From positions 62,001-126,000 of the forward strand of contig DF237085.1 in NCBI GenBank assembly GCA_000708835.1: a DNA stretch of 64,000 nucleotides. The letters are read 5' to 3'. The notes beneath the pieces were generated by a model. The model did not search any database, was not told where the DNA came from, and saw only the letters and a list, made by a program, of their open reading frames with translations. Source of the DNA: Klebsormidium nitens. Taxonomy: Eukaryota; Plantae; Klebsormidiophyceae. This document shows positions 13,372 through 32,062 of this stretch, piece after piece; position 1 is the stretch's first letter; every line of letters starts with the position of its first letter. A program made the translations under genes and the position numbers.

Positions 13372-13568
13372 CGGGTTATCGGGTAGCGCGCTAAGGGGTC
13401 GGGTTACCGGGCAGCGTGCTCGGGAATACGGGTTATTTGGTAGTGTGCGCGAGGTTACGGGTTATCGGGGAGCGTGCTAAGGGGACGGGTTATCAGATAG
13501 CGGGCTCGAGGTTACGGGTTACCGGACAGTGTGCTCGAGATGACGGGTTAATCGGGTAGCGTGCTGAG
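13371..13568. repeat. Minisatellite, 7 x 28-29 bp, core ACGGGTTA
   Basis: Units start at 13371, 13399, 13428, 13457, 13485, 13514 and 13543; consensus approximately acgggttaYcggRtagcgtgctcgaggtt. Confidence 0.9.
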
Positions 13569-15781
13569 CAGCAGTACGTCGGGTGCACATTGTGGCCGCC
13601 AAATCGGTCGGAGGAGGATCTCGGCCGGCTCATATTCTTTATTCATCGGCCGAAATAAGGTCGCCGGCTTGGTAACGGTATTTTGCGGACGGACTTCGGT
13701 TGTCGGGTTCCGTCCTAAAAGCCGGTCGGCAGATGCATTTAGCCCTTTGCCTCCATCGTAGCTAATCGAATAGACATACGTCAATTGGCTGCGCCCATTA
13801 GCCGGTGAGTCAGTCATCCGATGGTTTGCGTACGCGTCAGCCGGTCGCTATATCGACCGCGATTTTGCGCCGAGTCTCTTCGGTGGTGTAAGACTAGGGC
13901 GGGTTGCTCGGAGTAGCCGATACGGGTGTTGACGTCAGCCGGGGATTTGACGCGGTCCGGCTTGGGAGCCAGAAAGAAGAGAATAAGAAGCTTTTTCTGC
14001 GGGAAGCCGAGTCGGGAGTCCCGACTGGTCGATGGCCATAACGGCGGAGTGGGCATCAACACACGCATTCTAGATTGCACCAAAGGAGACGTTGGTGCTT
14101 GCCAATCGCAGCCCTGATCGCCGTAGGGACAAACTAGTCATTCGTGTTGCTTTGTCGGCCGGTTTGCTGGAGGGGGTTGCTGTCCGCAAAGATAGGAAGA
14201 TGCAGCAGGTTGGCTATCAAGTCGATCGTGTTGCGAAATGCTTTGCCGTCAAAAGGAGGAGGGTAGTTGGAAGGTTCTGAGCCGGGGGCGAGGATCGTGA
14301 GGAGGACATCGTGAGGAAGAGAGATACTTTCGAATGGGCTAGTTGGATAGTGTGTTTGCGGCAGTGTTAAGCAAGCGCGTTTGTAAAGAAGTTCTTGTAA
14401 ACTAAGACACTGCGACGGGAGTATAGCAGATCATCTGCAGGCGCGGTTGATAAGCCACCAACAGCAAGTTGGCAGGGAAACGTCCATTGCAAAAGCAAGC
14501 CGCCGGCATATCGCAGTACGAGGATAAGTACGTAGGTTTGACGCTGAATAAAGATGAAGCATGTGCGAAGTGTTTTTGGTAACCGAAGACACGCACATTT
14601 TGATAGAGTAGGAACATTTCAGGCAAGGATACTGATTTTAGAATTGGCATTATAAATCAAAGTGAATCCGAGTATTCCATCTTCTCACCGGGCTTGTCAT
14701 TCTGGCAGTGGAGGAGGCGTGGAGTCTAACTGAAGAAGTTGCCAACATGAATCAAGAGCGGCTGATCCGCCTGCTTTCGACTTCGAAGCTAGGGCACACA
14801 AAAGGAGCTACGCGCTCCTCTCTAAGGGCCCGAGGCGTGCAATTTTTCGAAATGTCGGACAGGCTAACATGTGTCAAGCCAAGAAACAATAAAGATGGTC
14901 GACCGCCGGCGCAATCTTGCGTCACGGTAAAAGTGTGGACGAGCTTCTGACTCTGTTGATGCCAAGACAATTATGGGCAAACGCCATGCACGCTCGCGAA
15001 CATCGCTGTTACTGAGCAAGAAAACTGTCTTCCGGGCGGCGGCTCCGATTCATGCAAAGCAAAACACGTGCTGCCGTCGATGGATCGTTGAAAGGCTGTA
15101 GCAGGGTCGTGTCGCTGTGCGCGGGCCTGGCGGCAGCGCCTACGTGATAGAACGCAACGAGGTCACAACCGTACAATCTGAAACATTTTCGGCTGTCCCA
15201 AATAGGCCTCGCTGGCCTTTGAGCATCTTCTTACAAGAGGCTTAATCATGGTGAACCATGCAATTGCGAAAACCTTTCATTCCTTGGGCGGGCCGAGCAA
15301 GTCCTTCGTGAAGTCGACTTGTAGGAGGTCAGTAAAGAAAGCCATGCCCCCTCAATGCAGGGGGCTCAGAGAGGGCTCGGGGGCGCAAGAGGTCGTTTTC
15401 GCTTTGAATGAGGCTAGAGCACCAGTTTTTCGTGCCAGGTCTAGGCACGTCCGTCCAGAGTTTCATCAAGTGCAGTAATGGTCGGACTCCTGAGTAGTGA
15501 GAAGACTGACCGAGCCTGTAAACAGCTCCGAACTCCAAACATCGTTCCCACATAACGTCAGTCTAAAAATAACACCAAGGTGCAGCTAAACAAGTTTGTC
15601 TAGACCAATACACAATCCTGCGGGACCACGGTTCAGGTTTTTAGCCCCTACATGCACTTCAAACCCTTTGCGAACAAGCTGCATACAAGAGCATAGAAGT
15701 GTGGTACTACCCAGCTTACACCAGGATCCTCAAGAGGGGCCTTACACTTGGTCGACATAACAAAGCCTCTTCCCTCTAGTG

Positions 15782-16063
15782 TCACTTGAGGACTGCCGAA
15801 GGGGTCCATTGTGTCGGCCCCGGGAATGGTATGCAACGAAGACAGAGTGTGCGTCCATACTGGTCCTTTCCGACGCACTGGAGGTCCGCGGTTGCTTCGG
15901 TGCACTTCGAGCAGGGCAGCGTTGTGGCGCATTGCGTCAGCAAAGTGCGCGCGCCCGCCTGGTCGCTCTCAGGAACTAGGCGTGCAGCATCCACGGCCAT
16001 GAACAGGAGCAGGGCCACCAGCACAGCAGCGACTCTGGGGAGGTGAGTTGGAGAAGTTTCCAT
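15782..16063 (-). CDS. Small secreted cysteine-rich prepropeptide (93 aa)
   Basis: METSPTHLPRVAAVLVALLLFMAVDA-ARLVPESDQAGARTLL-TQCATTLPCSKCTEATADLQCVGKDQYGRTLCLRCIPFPGPTQWTPSAVLK. Hydrophobic signal peptide, short pro-region, six Cys; intronless. Confidence 0.7.
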   Translation of the reverse strand: METSPTHLPRVAAVLVALLLFMAVDAARLVPESDQAGARTLLTQCATTLPCSKCTEATADLQCVGKDQYGRTLCLRCIPFPGPTQWTPSAVLK

Positions 16064-16154
16064 TGCGGTGATGCAAGCGGGCCTGCGAGACTCCGCAATT
16101 CGCTGTGGTCGAAGGAATTGTAAACTGCCTCTCTCCTGCCATCCTCCAAGCCTT

Positions 16155-16162
16155 CTTATAAA
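16155..16162 (-). promoter_or_regulatory. Candidate TATA box of the Cys-rich peptide gene
   Basis: TTTATAAG on the minus strand ~92 bp upstream of the ATG at 16063. Confidence 0.3.
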
Positions 16163-17748
16163 CAAAACCAAACGCACAAAAGTAAGCCTTTAATGCACCC
16201 ACCACATGGTTGACAATGAGGACCTGTTTTGATAGATACATCAAACCGATTCGCAGAGAAGCTCATGACTCTTCTCCCCAGGAACGTTGACCCCCTTCAA
16301 GACGACAGCTGATTACACACACTACATGATGCAGGATGGAAAGCGCAGCTCTGACTTCAAAGCAACATACAAATTTTCCAGTCTGATCGTTACACAGAGC
16401 AGGAGCTCATGGTCTCCTGCTGAACCTACCTGCCACATGCCTGAAAGGTGTAGTTCACTGGCAAACACTATGATGCCTTTATAGATGAAAGCAGTGCAGC
16501 CAGCTGGCAGGGAACGAACTTCCTTGCAAGACACCTCCAAGCATGCGTACAAGAGTCTGTGTCCTTGCATGCCAGCATTGACAATCTTGACCCCCTTTAT
16601 GCTGGATAGGTGCTTAAGAGAAACTGAAATGCAACTTTATCGTAAAAGAACCAGAACAATTATACCGTGACCATCGAGCCCCGGAATTGATCACTATCCC
16701 ACTTCTAACCCCTTCAGTCAATGGGATAAAGGATCCTCCAGAACCCCACCTGAACTACCGAGCCAGGCGAGCTCCAGCTCGCCGCCTGCAGAGCCAGCAC
16801 AATCAATGACTGCAGAGACAAAGCTTCACAGGCCAACAGGAATCGTACGCTGCTTCCTTTCGTTCTTCTGAAGACCGGCCCTCCAAAGAAACATCGATAA
16901 AGTACTACCAATGGTCTTCAATGATGTGCCAGCAACTTTGTTTGGTGCAGACATCGACAACTCTATGGAACGAAGGGACTGATGAAATGCGAAAGAGCTT
17001 CATTTATACCTCAAGTACACAGCGATAGAAACTCAAGAAAGGGCGAAACAACAGAATCAGGGCAAGCTGGCGGCGAGCTGCAATCAGGGTCCTCACCTCT
17101 TCGATGCAGCCATGGCTCAGTGGGTTCTCCAGTCGGCCAAAGCCTCCTGCTTGGAGGGTGCGAATCTTTGTAATTTTTAGCTCAAGCCTAAGGAGTCCCG
17201 CGAGATGGAGAACACAAAAGACTCTCTATATGTGTTGAACAGCGTTTGTTGCCTTCGAAACTGAACGTGCAGGGAAGCAATTCATTATGCTGAGGCCCAT
17301 GGCGGCGTGGTGGCTTGCAAGTTGCAGTGTGCACTGTGCAGTGTGCACTACGCGACCGCTAGTGATTCGTAGGTACGGTCGCTGCTTCGACTTTACGATG
17401 ACGACAAAGTTACAAACCCTTGGCGACCGGAAAGCCCCGAGGCGCTGGCAGACAGTCGCTCTTGTGACGTCTGCGGCCACCTAAATGATTGGCCTACTAA
17501 CTCACGCGCCCGGAGGTTTCGGAGCTGCATTGCCTACTGGCCCTACTCAATCTGCTCAGGAGCACACAGACTGTACAGACGAAACGTGGGCCGTTGATGT
17601 GGAAGCCGACTAGAAGTTTGGAGGCTCGAAGAAGCTTGAAGGCTGCCCTGCTAGACGCCTCTTCTTTCTATGTATTTCATTGTCATCGTTCATGGCCGAG
17701 AAGACAAGCGTCGAACGTTGATATGTTGCATAACCAAAACACATTACT

Positions 17749-18977
17749 GGAACGCTAATCAGGGCCTTGGGGGATTATGGAGGAATTCGGGTTTGAAACG
17801 GATCACAACAGGGGTTCACAAAGGCCCCATACTCTATGCAGACACATCAAAGGGGTTTTGCTACCCTTATGATAAGCCTTTGTAAACTATGTAAGAGAGT
17901 CATTCTATCCAAATAACACGATAAGTAAGTAATATGCACATCCATACATACAAAGAGGGGTGCACCTTCGAAATTACCTGTAATCCGAGCAATCAAGCAA
18001 TTAAGGTCAACCATCATGATACAGAGGGGTGGCGCATGCCGTAATTAGCCTAATTCGAGTAACGTGAGAAAACATGCACATTCAGGCATACATACAAAGG
18101 GGTGCATCTTGAAAATTACTTGTAATTTGAGCAATCATGAGATTCCGATCGACCAGATAGATACAGAGGGGCCACGCATGCCGTAACTAGCCTAATCCGA
18201 GTAACGTGAGCAATTGACATTGGGTCATACACTAGAGAGCATTGCATGGTCCTATAATTAGCCTAATTCAAGCCATCAAGCAATTCTTCATGAGAGGGGT
18301 TGATTGAAAGCTAGCTCCCACGCCATAATTAGCGTAATTTGAGTAACACGAGCAATACGCCATCCGCAATCATGCTGAAAGCCTTGTAAATACGTAATTC
18401 AGCTAATTTGAGCAATTCAGAGGTGCAAATAGCAGAATTGCTCGAATCAGGCTAATTCAACATGGAAAACATGGTGAGCATGCACTTGTAGGCTCTTAGT
18501 ATCTGAGCGGGGATAAACAAGACACCCTTTGAAGTCCAAAACACCTTGTAATTCGGCTAATTCGAGCAATTGAGGAGGTGCAATTAGCAGAATTGCTCAA
18601 ATTAGCTAACTAAGATGGAAAACATGGTGGGCGTGCACCGTGGGTCTTGATGTTATGAACGAAGGAAGATCCAAGGGGTGTCACGTTCTTGTAATTAGCT
18701 ACTTTGGCTAATTCAAGCAACTCTGAGAGGTGCAATTAGCAGAATTTCTCAAATTAGCTAATAAATGATGTTTATAGCCCGGTGATCACGCCCACTATGG
18801 TAACTCAACTTCTACTCTAGAAACATAGGCAGAAAGGGCTTAAAATAACCTCATAAGATGGAAAAAAGCGTTCAGAAGTCTTCACATATAGGTTCAGGGG
18901 TTATAACAAATGCAACCATGTTACAAAATACGTTCCCGAATTCCTCCAGAATCCCCCAAGGCCCGGATTAGCGTCCC
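17749..18977. mobile_element. Non-autonomous DNA transposon (~1.2 kb) with 40-bp TIRs and internal ~70/150-bp repeat and hairpin array
   Basis: 17752-17791 matches the reverse complement of 18935-18974 at 38/40 positions. The interior has ~9 copies of a TAATT(A/C)GC(C)TAATT(C/T)GAG(C/T)AA-like motif and three hairpin units. No coding capacity. Confidence 0.8.
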
Positions 18978-19627
18978 CCTAAAACATACCGTACGCATGC
19001 TGTTAAACGCTCGAAGATCGTTCGACATGTTCGAAAGTGGCTTCCGACCGGGTAAAAGAGGCGCTCCATGACTGTCTGATATATGCTTCGGACATTTTTG
19101 CTTTCTCTGATTCGCCAAGCGGCGGTGGAGCGGGCGGCGACACAGGTAGCAGGTACGGATGGAAAACTTGGCAATAATTGGTAGAAGGGAGAAGGACCTT
19201 TATAGTCCCTTGATTCGATTATCTAAACAAGAGGAGGATGCTTTGTGTTATTCTCAGCGAGTCCAACAGCCGATGGCGATTTCACTTTCGTGAACCGCAT
19301 CTAGGAGAAAGACCACATCATACATATCATGTACATACGTACTTTCACATGGTGCGTCAATGGTTTCATAACCTTAAACCAGAGATAAACCTTCATGTGG
19401 TCTGATTGGGTCATCATGTGCCATCAAGGTCACTACAGATGGCCTTACAATGATTGACATTGCACATGACCCAATGCCGACCAACCGCTAATATAGCGCA
19501 TGCAGCCCTATCGACAGCCGGAAAGATCCCACTCCAATCTGTTCAACATGCAAGCGTTTCAATCAAACAAGCACCTTTTAGCCCAATTTGATGACTCAGA
19601 AAGTGTCTGATTGAATGCGGTTTGCTG

Positions 19628-26221
<6,594 letters not shown>

Positions 26222-27077
26222 GTTTCCGCAACACCTCAATCACCGCAGCTCTAGTGCTGCAATTTGAACTAAATATGGGAGAATCTGAAGTTTTCAGAAC
26301 GTAAAAAGCTCGGCCATCATGTACAGATCATGTGTGCCACAGAAGCTTCCCACCTGCCAGTGCAAATGCGAAGAAAATGGCAATTGCTTGATCGTCTTCG
26401 TATTAGGGAAGAACCTACCTCGTCCTGTGCGCGAGCGTGGCGAACAGCTTGAATGCAATTTATCCAGTTTAGGTCTCCAGCTGTTGCACTATTGTCGGCG
26501 TCACGAAAGCCGTTGGTTTGGAACCGGTTTGCATCGGACGGCGACGTAATACTGGATACCGGCTGCGGAATTTCCGGGAAATCCCTTGTCAGGAGGACCC
26601 TAATCGGTGCGACTCGAGCAAAGCTAGTGTCAACTGCTTCTGGAAGCCGTGTATGTTCAAAAGCCTGTGTTGACTTTGGACAATTGACACCAGGTAGTTA
26701 AAAGCAGATATGCAGTTCATGAGAACGAGGAGAGGGGCACATGAGAACGAAGAGAAGGGCCAGACAAGACAGGTCACCGTCTACGAATCCTGCAGGAAGG
26801 GCAAGCTTGTAAGTTGTTGTACCTTGTACCCAGAGGAGGCTAGGGCGGAACACCTCTTGTGAAGCAAGCTAGAGCAGGGATACGGGTTCTTTAATTCACG
26901 TTTTCTTTAATGGATTGCTGACCCTCTGCTAAGTGAAGGGCACGGACGGATGTGAAGAACCTGTGGAGCAGTCCCTAAATTGCATCAAGAGTTGCTGATG
27001 TCAGAGTACTGAGCTGGGGGTGCTCATCTGGTCTTATTTGAATAAGCGTTTTGAGACAGGCACTTCAGTCGACAGAG

Positions 27078-30000
27078 ATGGCGAGACAGGGGGTTGGTCT
27101 CCTGCTTCTGGTAGCTCTCGGATGCATTCTTGCCGAAGCTGATGCTAGGAGCATTGAGTTTCTCAGCGTTAGAGTGCGTACATTGCTTTCAGCAAGCGAC
27201 CACAAGTACAGAGACCATGAGAAACCACCCTTGTTTGCCAACAAAGTGGGCCCCTTCCATAATCCAACGTGAGTCAGAACGGTTTAGGGGTGGGTATTGC
27301 CAAGGATCTGAGGCATAATGGAGTTGTTGCTCAAGTCATCCCACGAATTGAACTTTTGCATTGAGCAGATGCTTGCTTCCTTCGATCAGGGATGATCTCC
27401 TTCAGCTACTTCTGCTGGAAGCTAGCATTGTGGCACGGGTTCTTTCGAGCTCTGAACATGAAGATAATAAGGTGTTTTTGTCCGACTTGCAGAGAAACAT
27501 ACAAGTACTACGATCTTCCCTTCTGCCCTCCTGGTAAGAAGGAATAGGGTTTCTTCTCGAGATCTATGATTTGCATTGCAATGCGTTGTTACTGTAGGGT
27601 TTGGATATATCCATGCCATCAACCGGCAAAAGGTGGACGTGAAATGTATTGCCGAAGCTTTAAATCCTCTCAAGAAGCAGATTGGATTTGCAGCCTGATT
27701 TTTGACCGAGTGCAAGATAGATCTATTGTAGACCCATATGTCGCAACACAAGCAGAGCGCAGCTAGCTCTCAATGTTGTTGGCAATACCGCTCTGTTATT
27801 TCCAACTGCAGAGTGTCTGCCGAATCTTGGAGCAAGCTGATAGTTCGTGAAGTTTCTGTCTCCTAGCTCTGGTTGTGTATGCTCATGTCCAGTTTTGATT
27901 CAGAAGAGGATTACTCAAGTCTGCATTTCAGCAAACATTGAACGAAATTTGGACATTGAGAAGTGGGTGGTCACCTAGTCGCCAGCAGGTGATGGCTGCT
28001 CTGAACATCTATCGCTGCCTAATCGATGGCATTGGTGCAAGTGCATCATTGACCATACAGGAATTACTGGATAGATGGACTCGTTTTTGCACGAATTTTT
28101 TTTTGAATCTGTAACATGCTTGACTCAACAAGGCACTTGGTAACTTTCAGCTGTTGATCTCTAGCACCACAACAGCGTCATGTTCTTTCTGTCTGCAGCG
28201 CTTTTTCTTTTGATGCTCTCCTTACTGCAGCTGAAGTATGAATTGAAATGTTCAGTAGCTCGCATCTTTTTCACCTTGCTTGGTATCTTTTGCACCTTTC
28301 GAGTCCAGCAGGTTTGCTAGGAGTCCATTCCAGCCCTCAGCATCTGGGTGCATTGTAAATGGGCCTCTGTAGCCGGCTGATTCTTGGCTCTCCCTGCAGT
28401 GGTCCTGAATGAGAAGGTGGAGGATCTGGGCGAGGTACTGAATGGGGACCGCATGGTGACGGCCGCGTACGATCTGAGCTTCAAGGTGGACAAGGAGAAG
28501 GAGACTCTCTGCGTGCAGAAGTTGTCCGTGAAGGATGTGCGCAAGTTCCGGGACGCTGTGAAGAATGATTACTACTTCCAGATGTACTACGACGACCTCC
28601 CTATCTGGGGCTTCATCGGCAAGATCGACCCCCCCGACGAGAAAGATGCGCGCTACTATCTCTTCACGCATGTGCACTTTGACATCCAGTACAACAAGGA
28701 CCGTGTGATTGAGATCAATGTGGCGACCGACCCCCTGCGCACAGTTGACATCACTGAGGATGCAGAGGTGGAGGTGGAATTCTCATATTCCGCCAAGTGG
28801 CAGGAGGTGGACAAAGCTTTCGAGAAGCGGATGGACAAGTACTCGCGTTACTCGTTCCTGCCCCAGCACCTCGAGATCCACTGGTTCTCCATCATCAACA
28901 GCTGCGTCACCGTGCTGCTGCTCACCGGTTTCCTGGCGACTATCTTGATGAGGGTGCTCAAGAACGACTTCATCAAGTGAGTGCATCACAATTGCGGCAA
29001 GTTACTGGATAACTGCACTTGAGAAGCCAAGGGCGCTCAAGATTGTCTTCATTCAGTGTTTGCATTTAGAATGGATCACTTTGACCAGCAGTTGCGGGGA
29101 AGATAAGCCGGCATCCGACCACCAGCTGCTGGTGAAAGCCGCAAAGTGGACCATGAGTGAGAAGTGGTCTAGATTGTGAATCTGCCCGATGGGGCAGATC
29201 TACCCCCTTAAATAGACCTTTCAAGTATTTGGACTTGCAACAAAGGATGTCTGCTTTTATATGTATGAGCGCCACGTTCTAGTTGAGTCACTTACCTGTC
29301 CTTACATGTCAAATCATTTCGCAGGTACTCCCGTGATGAGGAGACCCTGGAGGATCAGGAGGAGACCGGGTGGAAGTATGTGCATGGCGACGTGTTCCGC
29401 TTCCCCAAGAACAAGACCCTCTTTGCGGCTGTGATCGGAAGTGGCAGCCAGCTTCTGGCACTGTAAGTCACAAGCTTCTTGGCGAAAACACTTGCTGTGA
29501 CAGTCTTTTGGTATGTCATCCTTGAGTAAAGATGCAAAGGAGCCAATGCTCGGTTTCTTGAATCTGGAAACTGTTTCTGCCAATATTGGTCGTCATGGTC
29601 ATGCCAAGTTGGGCACCCTGATCCTCGTAATCACTTCTGTTGTTCAGTGCTTGCCCCTAGCAGCTGTCGTCATGAAACCCATCCTTGCTCGTTGCTAGCT
29701 AGCAAACACTGTTCTGATGCCCTTTTCCCAGGACGCTCTGCATCTTTGGCTTGGCTCTGGTGGGCGTGTTCTACCCCTACAACCGGGGCGCCCTGTTCAC
29801 CGCCCTTGTGGTCCTGTATGCGCTGACCTCCGGTGTGGCCGGCTACGTCTCTGCCTCCTACTACAAGCAGCTGGAGGGGACTGCATGGGTGAGCATCAAG
29901 CTTCAAGACTCGTTACTTTATCTCTCTACTATGGTGGACCTTTGTTCTCTTTGCTCCTTTTGTTCCTTGTTGCTGCTTGGAGATTAGCAATTGTCCGGCG

Positions 30001-32062
30001 GGGCACTGAATTCAAAAGCCATGGTTTTGTCGTGTCCCGCATGACACCAAGAAAGGAAGGCGTTCAATGTAACAAGAGACAATGCAGCTGCTTGGGGGAG
30101 TAAAGGGACTCAGCGACCATTGACTTCTAAAGTGCAAGGGTTGACATTAGTCAATCTTGGAGAACATCTTGGAGTGTTTCAAACCTGACTCCAGTTCGGC
30201 TGTTCCAGGTGCGCAACATCATCCTGACGGGCTGCCTCTTCTGCGGCCCGCTCTTTCTGACCTTCTGCTTCCTCAACTCGGTCGCCTGGGGCTCCAACTC
30301 GACCGCCGCGCTGCCAGCTGGCACCATCGTCATCATCCTGCTCATCTGGATGCTGGTCACGGCGCCGCTGCTCATCATCGGAGGCATTGCGGGCAAGAAC
30401 AACAAGGTGAGGCGCACTTTGTTTTGTTTGATTAGAGCGCGAGCCCTTGCCGGGAAAAATCTGACCTCTTCCTACACAATCGTCACCAAGAAAGCGAGCA
30501 CGATTGTCAAGCACCAGCACTTCGACGTTTGGGTGTCAGCCGAACCCAACAGTGCTCATTGTGCAACAGTTCTTTCGATTGCTGTGTAAGCATTCTCCAC
30601 TTGTAAGTCTTGGTAATCCTATCGTCATTTCCGCTGCTGACCCCTCTCTTTTGTCACCATAAACTTCTCCCTCCGTTTCCCCCCTCATTGTTTGGTTTTG
30701 GCTTCGGGCCCCCTTTGGATCTGCCTGGTCTCACCATCTCTCCCCCTCCTGAGCTTCTCAATTTCTCCGTTGTCCCTGCAGATCCTTGTTGATTCGTTTT
30801 CTTCCTTCTTGATTTGCCGATTCTCTGCCTCCCACCTTCTCTGATCCTCCCTTTTATCCTTATCCACACAGGCGGAGTTCAACGCGCCCGTGCGTACCAC
30901 CAAGTACCCGCGCGAGATCCCCCCGCTGCCGTGGTACCGCAGCACGGTGCCCCAGATGGCGATGGCGGGCTTCCTGCCGTTCAGCGCGATCTACATCGAG
31001 CTGTACTACATCTTTGCGAGCGTGTGGGGGCACAAGGTGTACACGATCTACAGCATCCTCTTCATCGTGTTCATCATCCTCATCATCGTGACCGCCTTCA
31101 TCACGATCGCGCTCACCTACTTCCAACTAGCCGTCGAGGACCACGAGTGGTGGTGGAGGTGAGGCGGGAGAATCCCGCTCTAGTTTCGCGGTCCTGGTTT
31201 GATTTGTGGCGCCTCTCTTCAAGCGTTGTTGAAATCGCTCTTGTGTTCCAAACGTTTCTTCTGGTGTTTGTCTTCTTTTCCTACGTCGTTGCTGTCTCCT
31301 TTTTGTATTCAGTCTTTTAATCTCCACTTCAATGTTGTCCTCTTCTCGAGCCTGGCGTCCGTCATCCAGTCTGTTATCATGGTTCTTTGTTCTATTGCGG
31401 TGCATGTCTGGTTCCGCCTGCCCTCTTTGCTTTCGTGTAGACCTCTTACCCTTATCCTATTGCTCCTTATATGGTATGCAACTCGTTCTCTGCCTTTTCT
31501 ACTTCTCCGTTAAGTGAGGCATGAACCCGCTGATGTTGGGGCCTCCTTATGCCTTCCTTTGCTGTGGCCAAGTTCTTTGCGTCTCTTTCCTGGCGTGCAT
31601 TGTGGCCCTCCATGTGCCGTTTACCATGCAATTACAGCGGACATATACTTGCCGAAGTAGCTGCGATGCCGTTCTACACTCACAGATTGACCTCCGAGCT
31701 TCGATTGCAATGTGCTTGGACTGGTCATGCTCGCAGTCATTGGCATGGGTGCTTTGAACAGACACTGGCGTGTGTGCTCAAACTTTGAGTTCCATTAGAT
31801 AACAAATTGATATGCTCAAGTCGGAGATCGCCTCCCATGCAGGAGCGTCCTCTGCGGAGGTTCGACCGGGCTCTTCATCTTCGGGTACTGCTTCTACTAC
31901 TACTACGCGAGGTCCGACATGAGCGGGTTCATGCAGACGTCGTTCTTCTTCGGGTACATGGCGTGTGTGTGCTACGGCTTCTTCCTCATGTTGGGCACCG
32001 TCGGGTTCCGGGCGTCTCTCACCTTTGTACGCCACATATACCGCTCCATCAAGTGTGAATAA
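27078..32062 (+). CDS. Transmembrane 9 superfamily protein (EMP70/TM9SF/TMN family), 8 exons
   Basis: Signal peptide [15 protein letters not shown]; ASDHKY...[10 protein letters not shown]; [11 protein letters not shown]; [17 protein letters not shown]; HWFSIINS; [16 protein letters not shown]; TTKYPREIP; EDHEWWWR. C-terminal RSIKCE* carries the KxD/E Golgi-retention motif. Confidence 0.97.

Noticed and set aside
13371-18780. CRISPR-like interpretation of the 28-29 bp array or the ~70/150-bp hairpin array
   Set aside because: Eukaryotic context, degenerate units without unique spacers, and no cas genes. These are a minisatellite and a TE interior.
18921-19174. Possible transposase remnant (MANQRKQKCPKH...)
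   Set aside because: Short, has no catalytic motif and straddles the TIR boundary. Cannot be supported.
27140-27195. Possible micro-intron in TM9SF exon 1 ([15 protein letters not shown] insertion)
   Set aside because: No GT/GC donor gives the expected DASDH join. The frame is open, so it is kept as coding.
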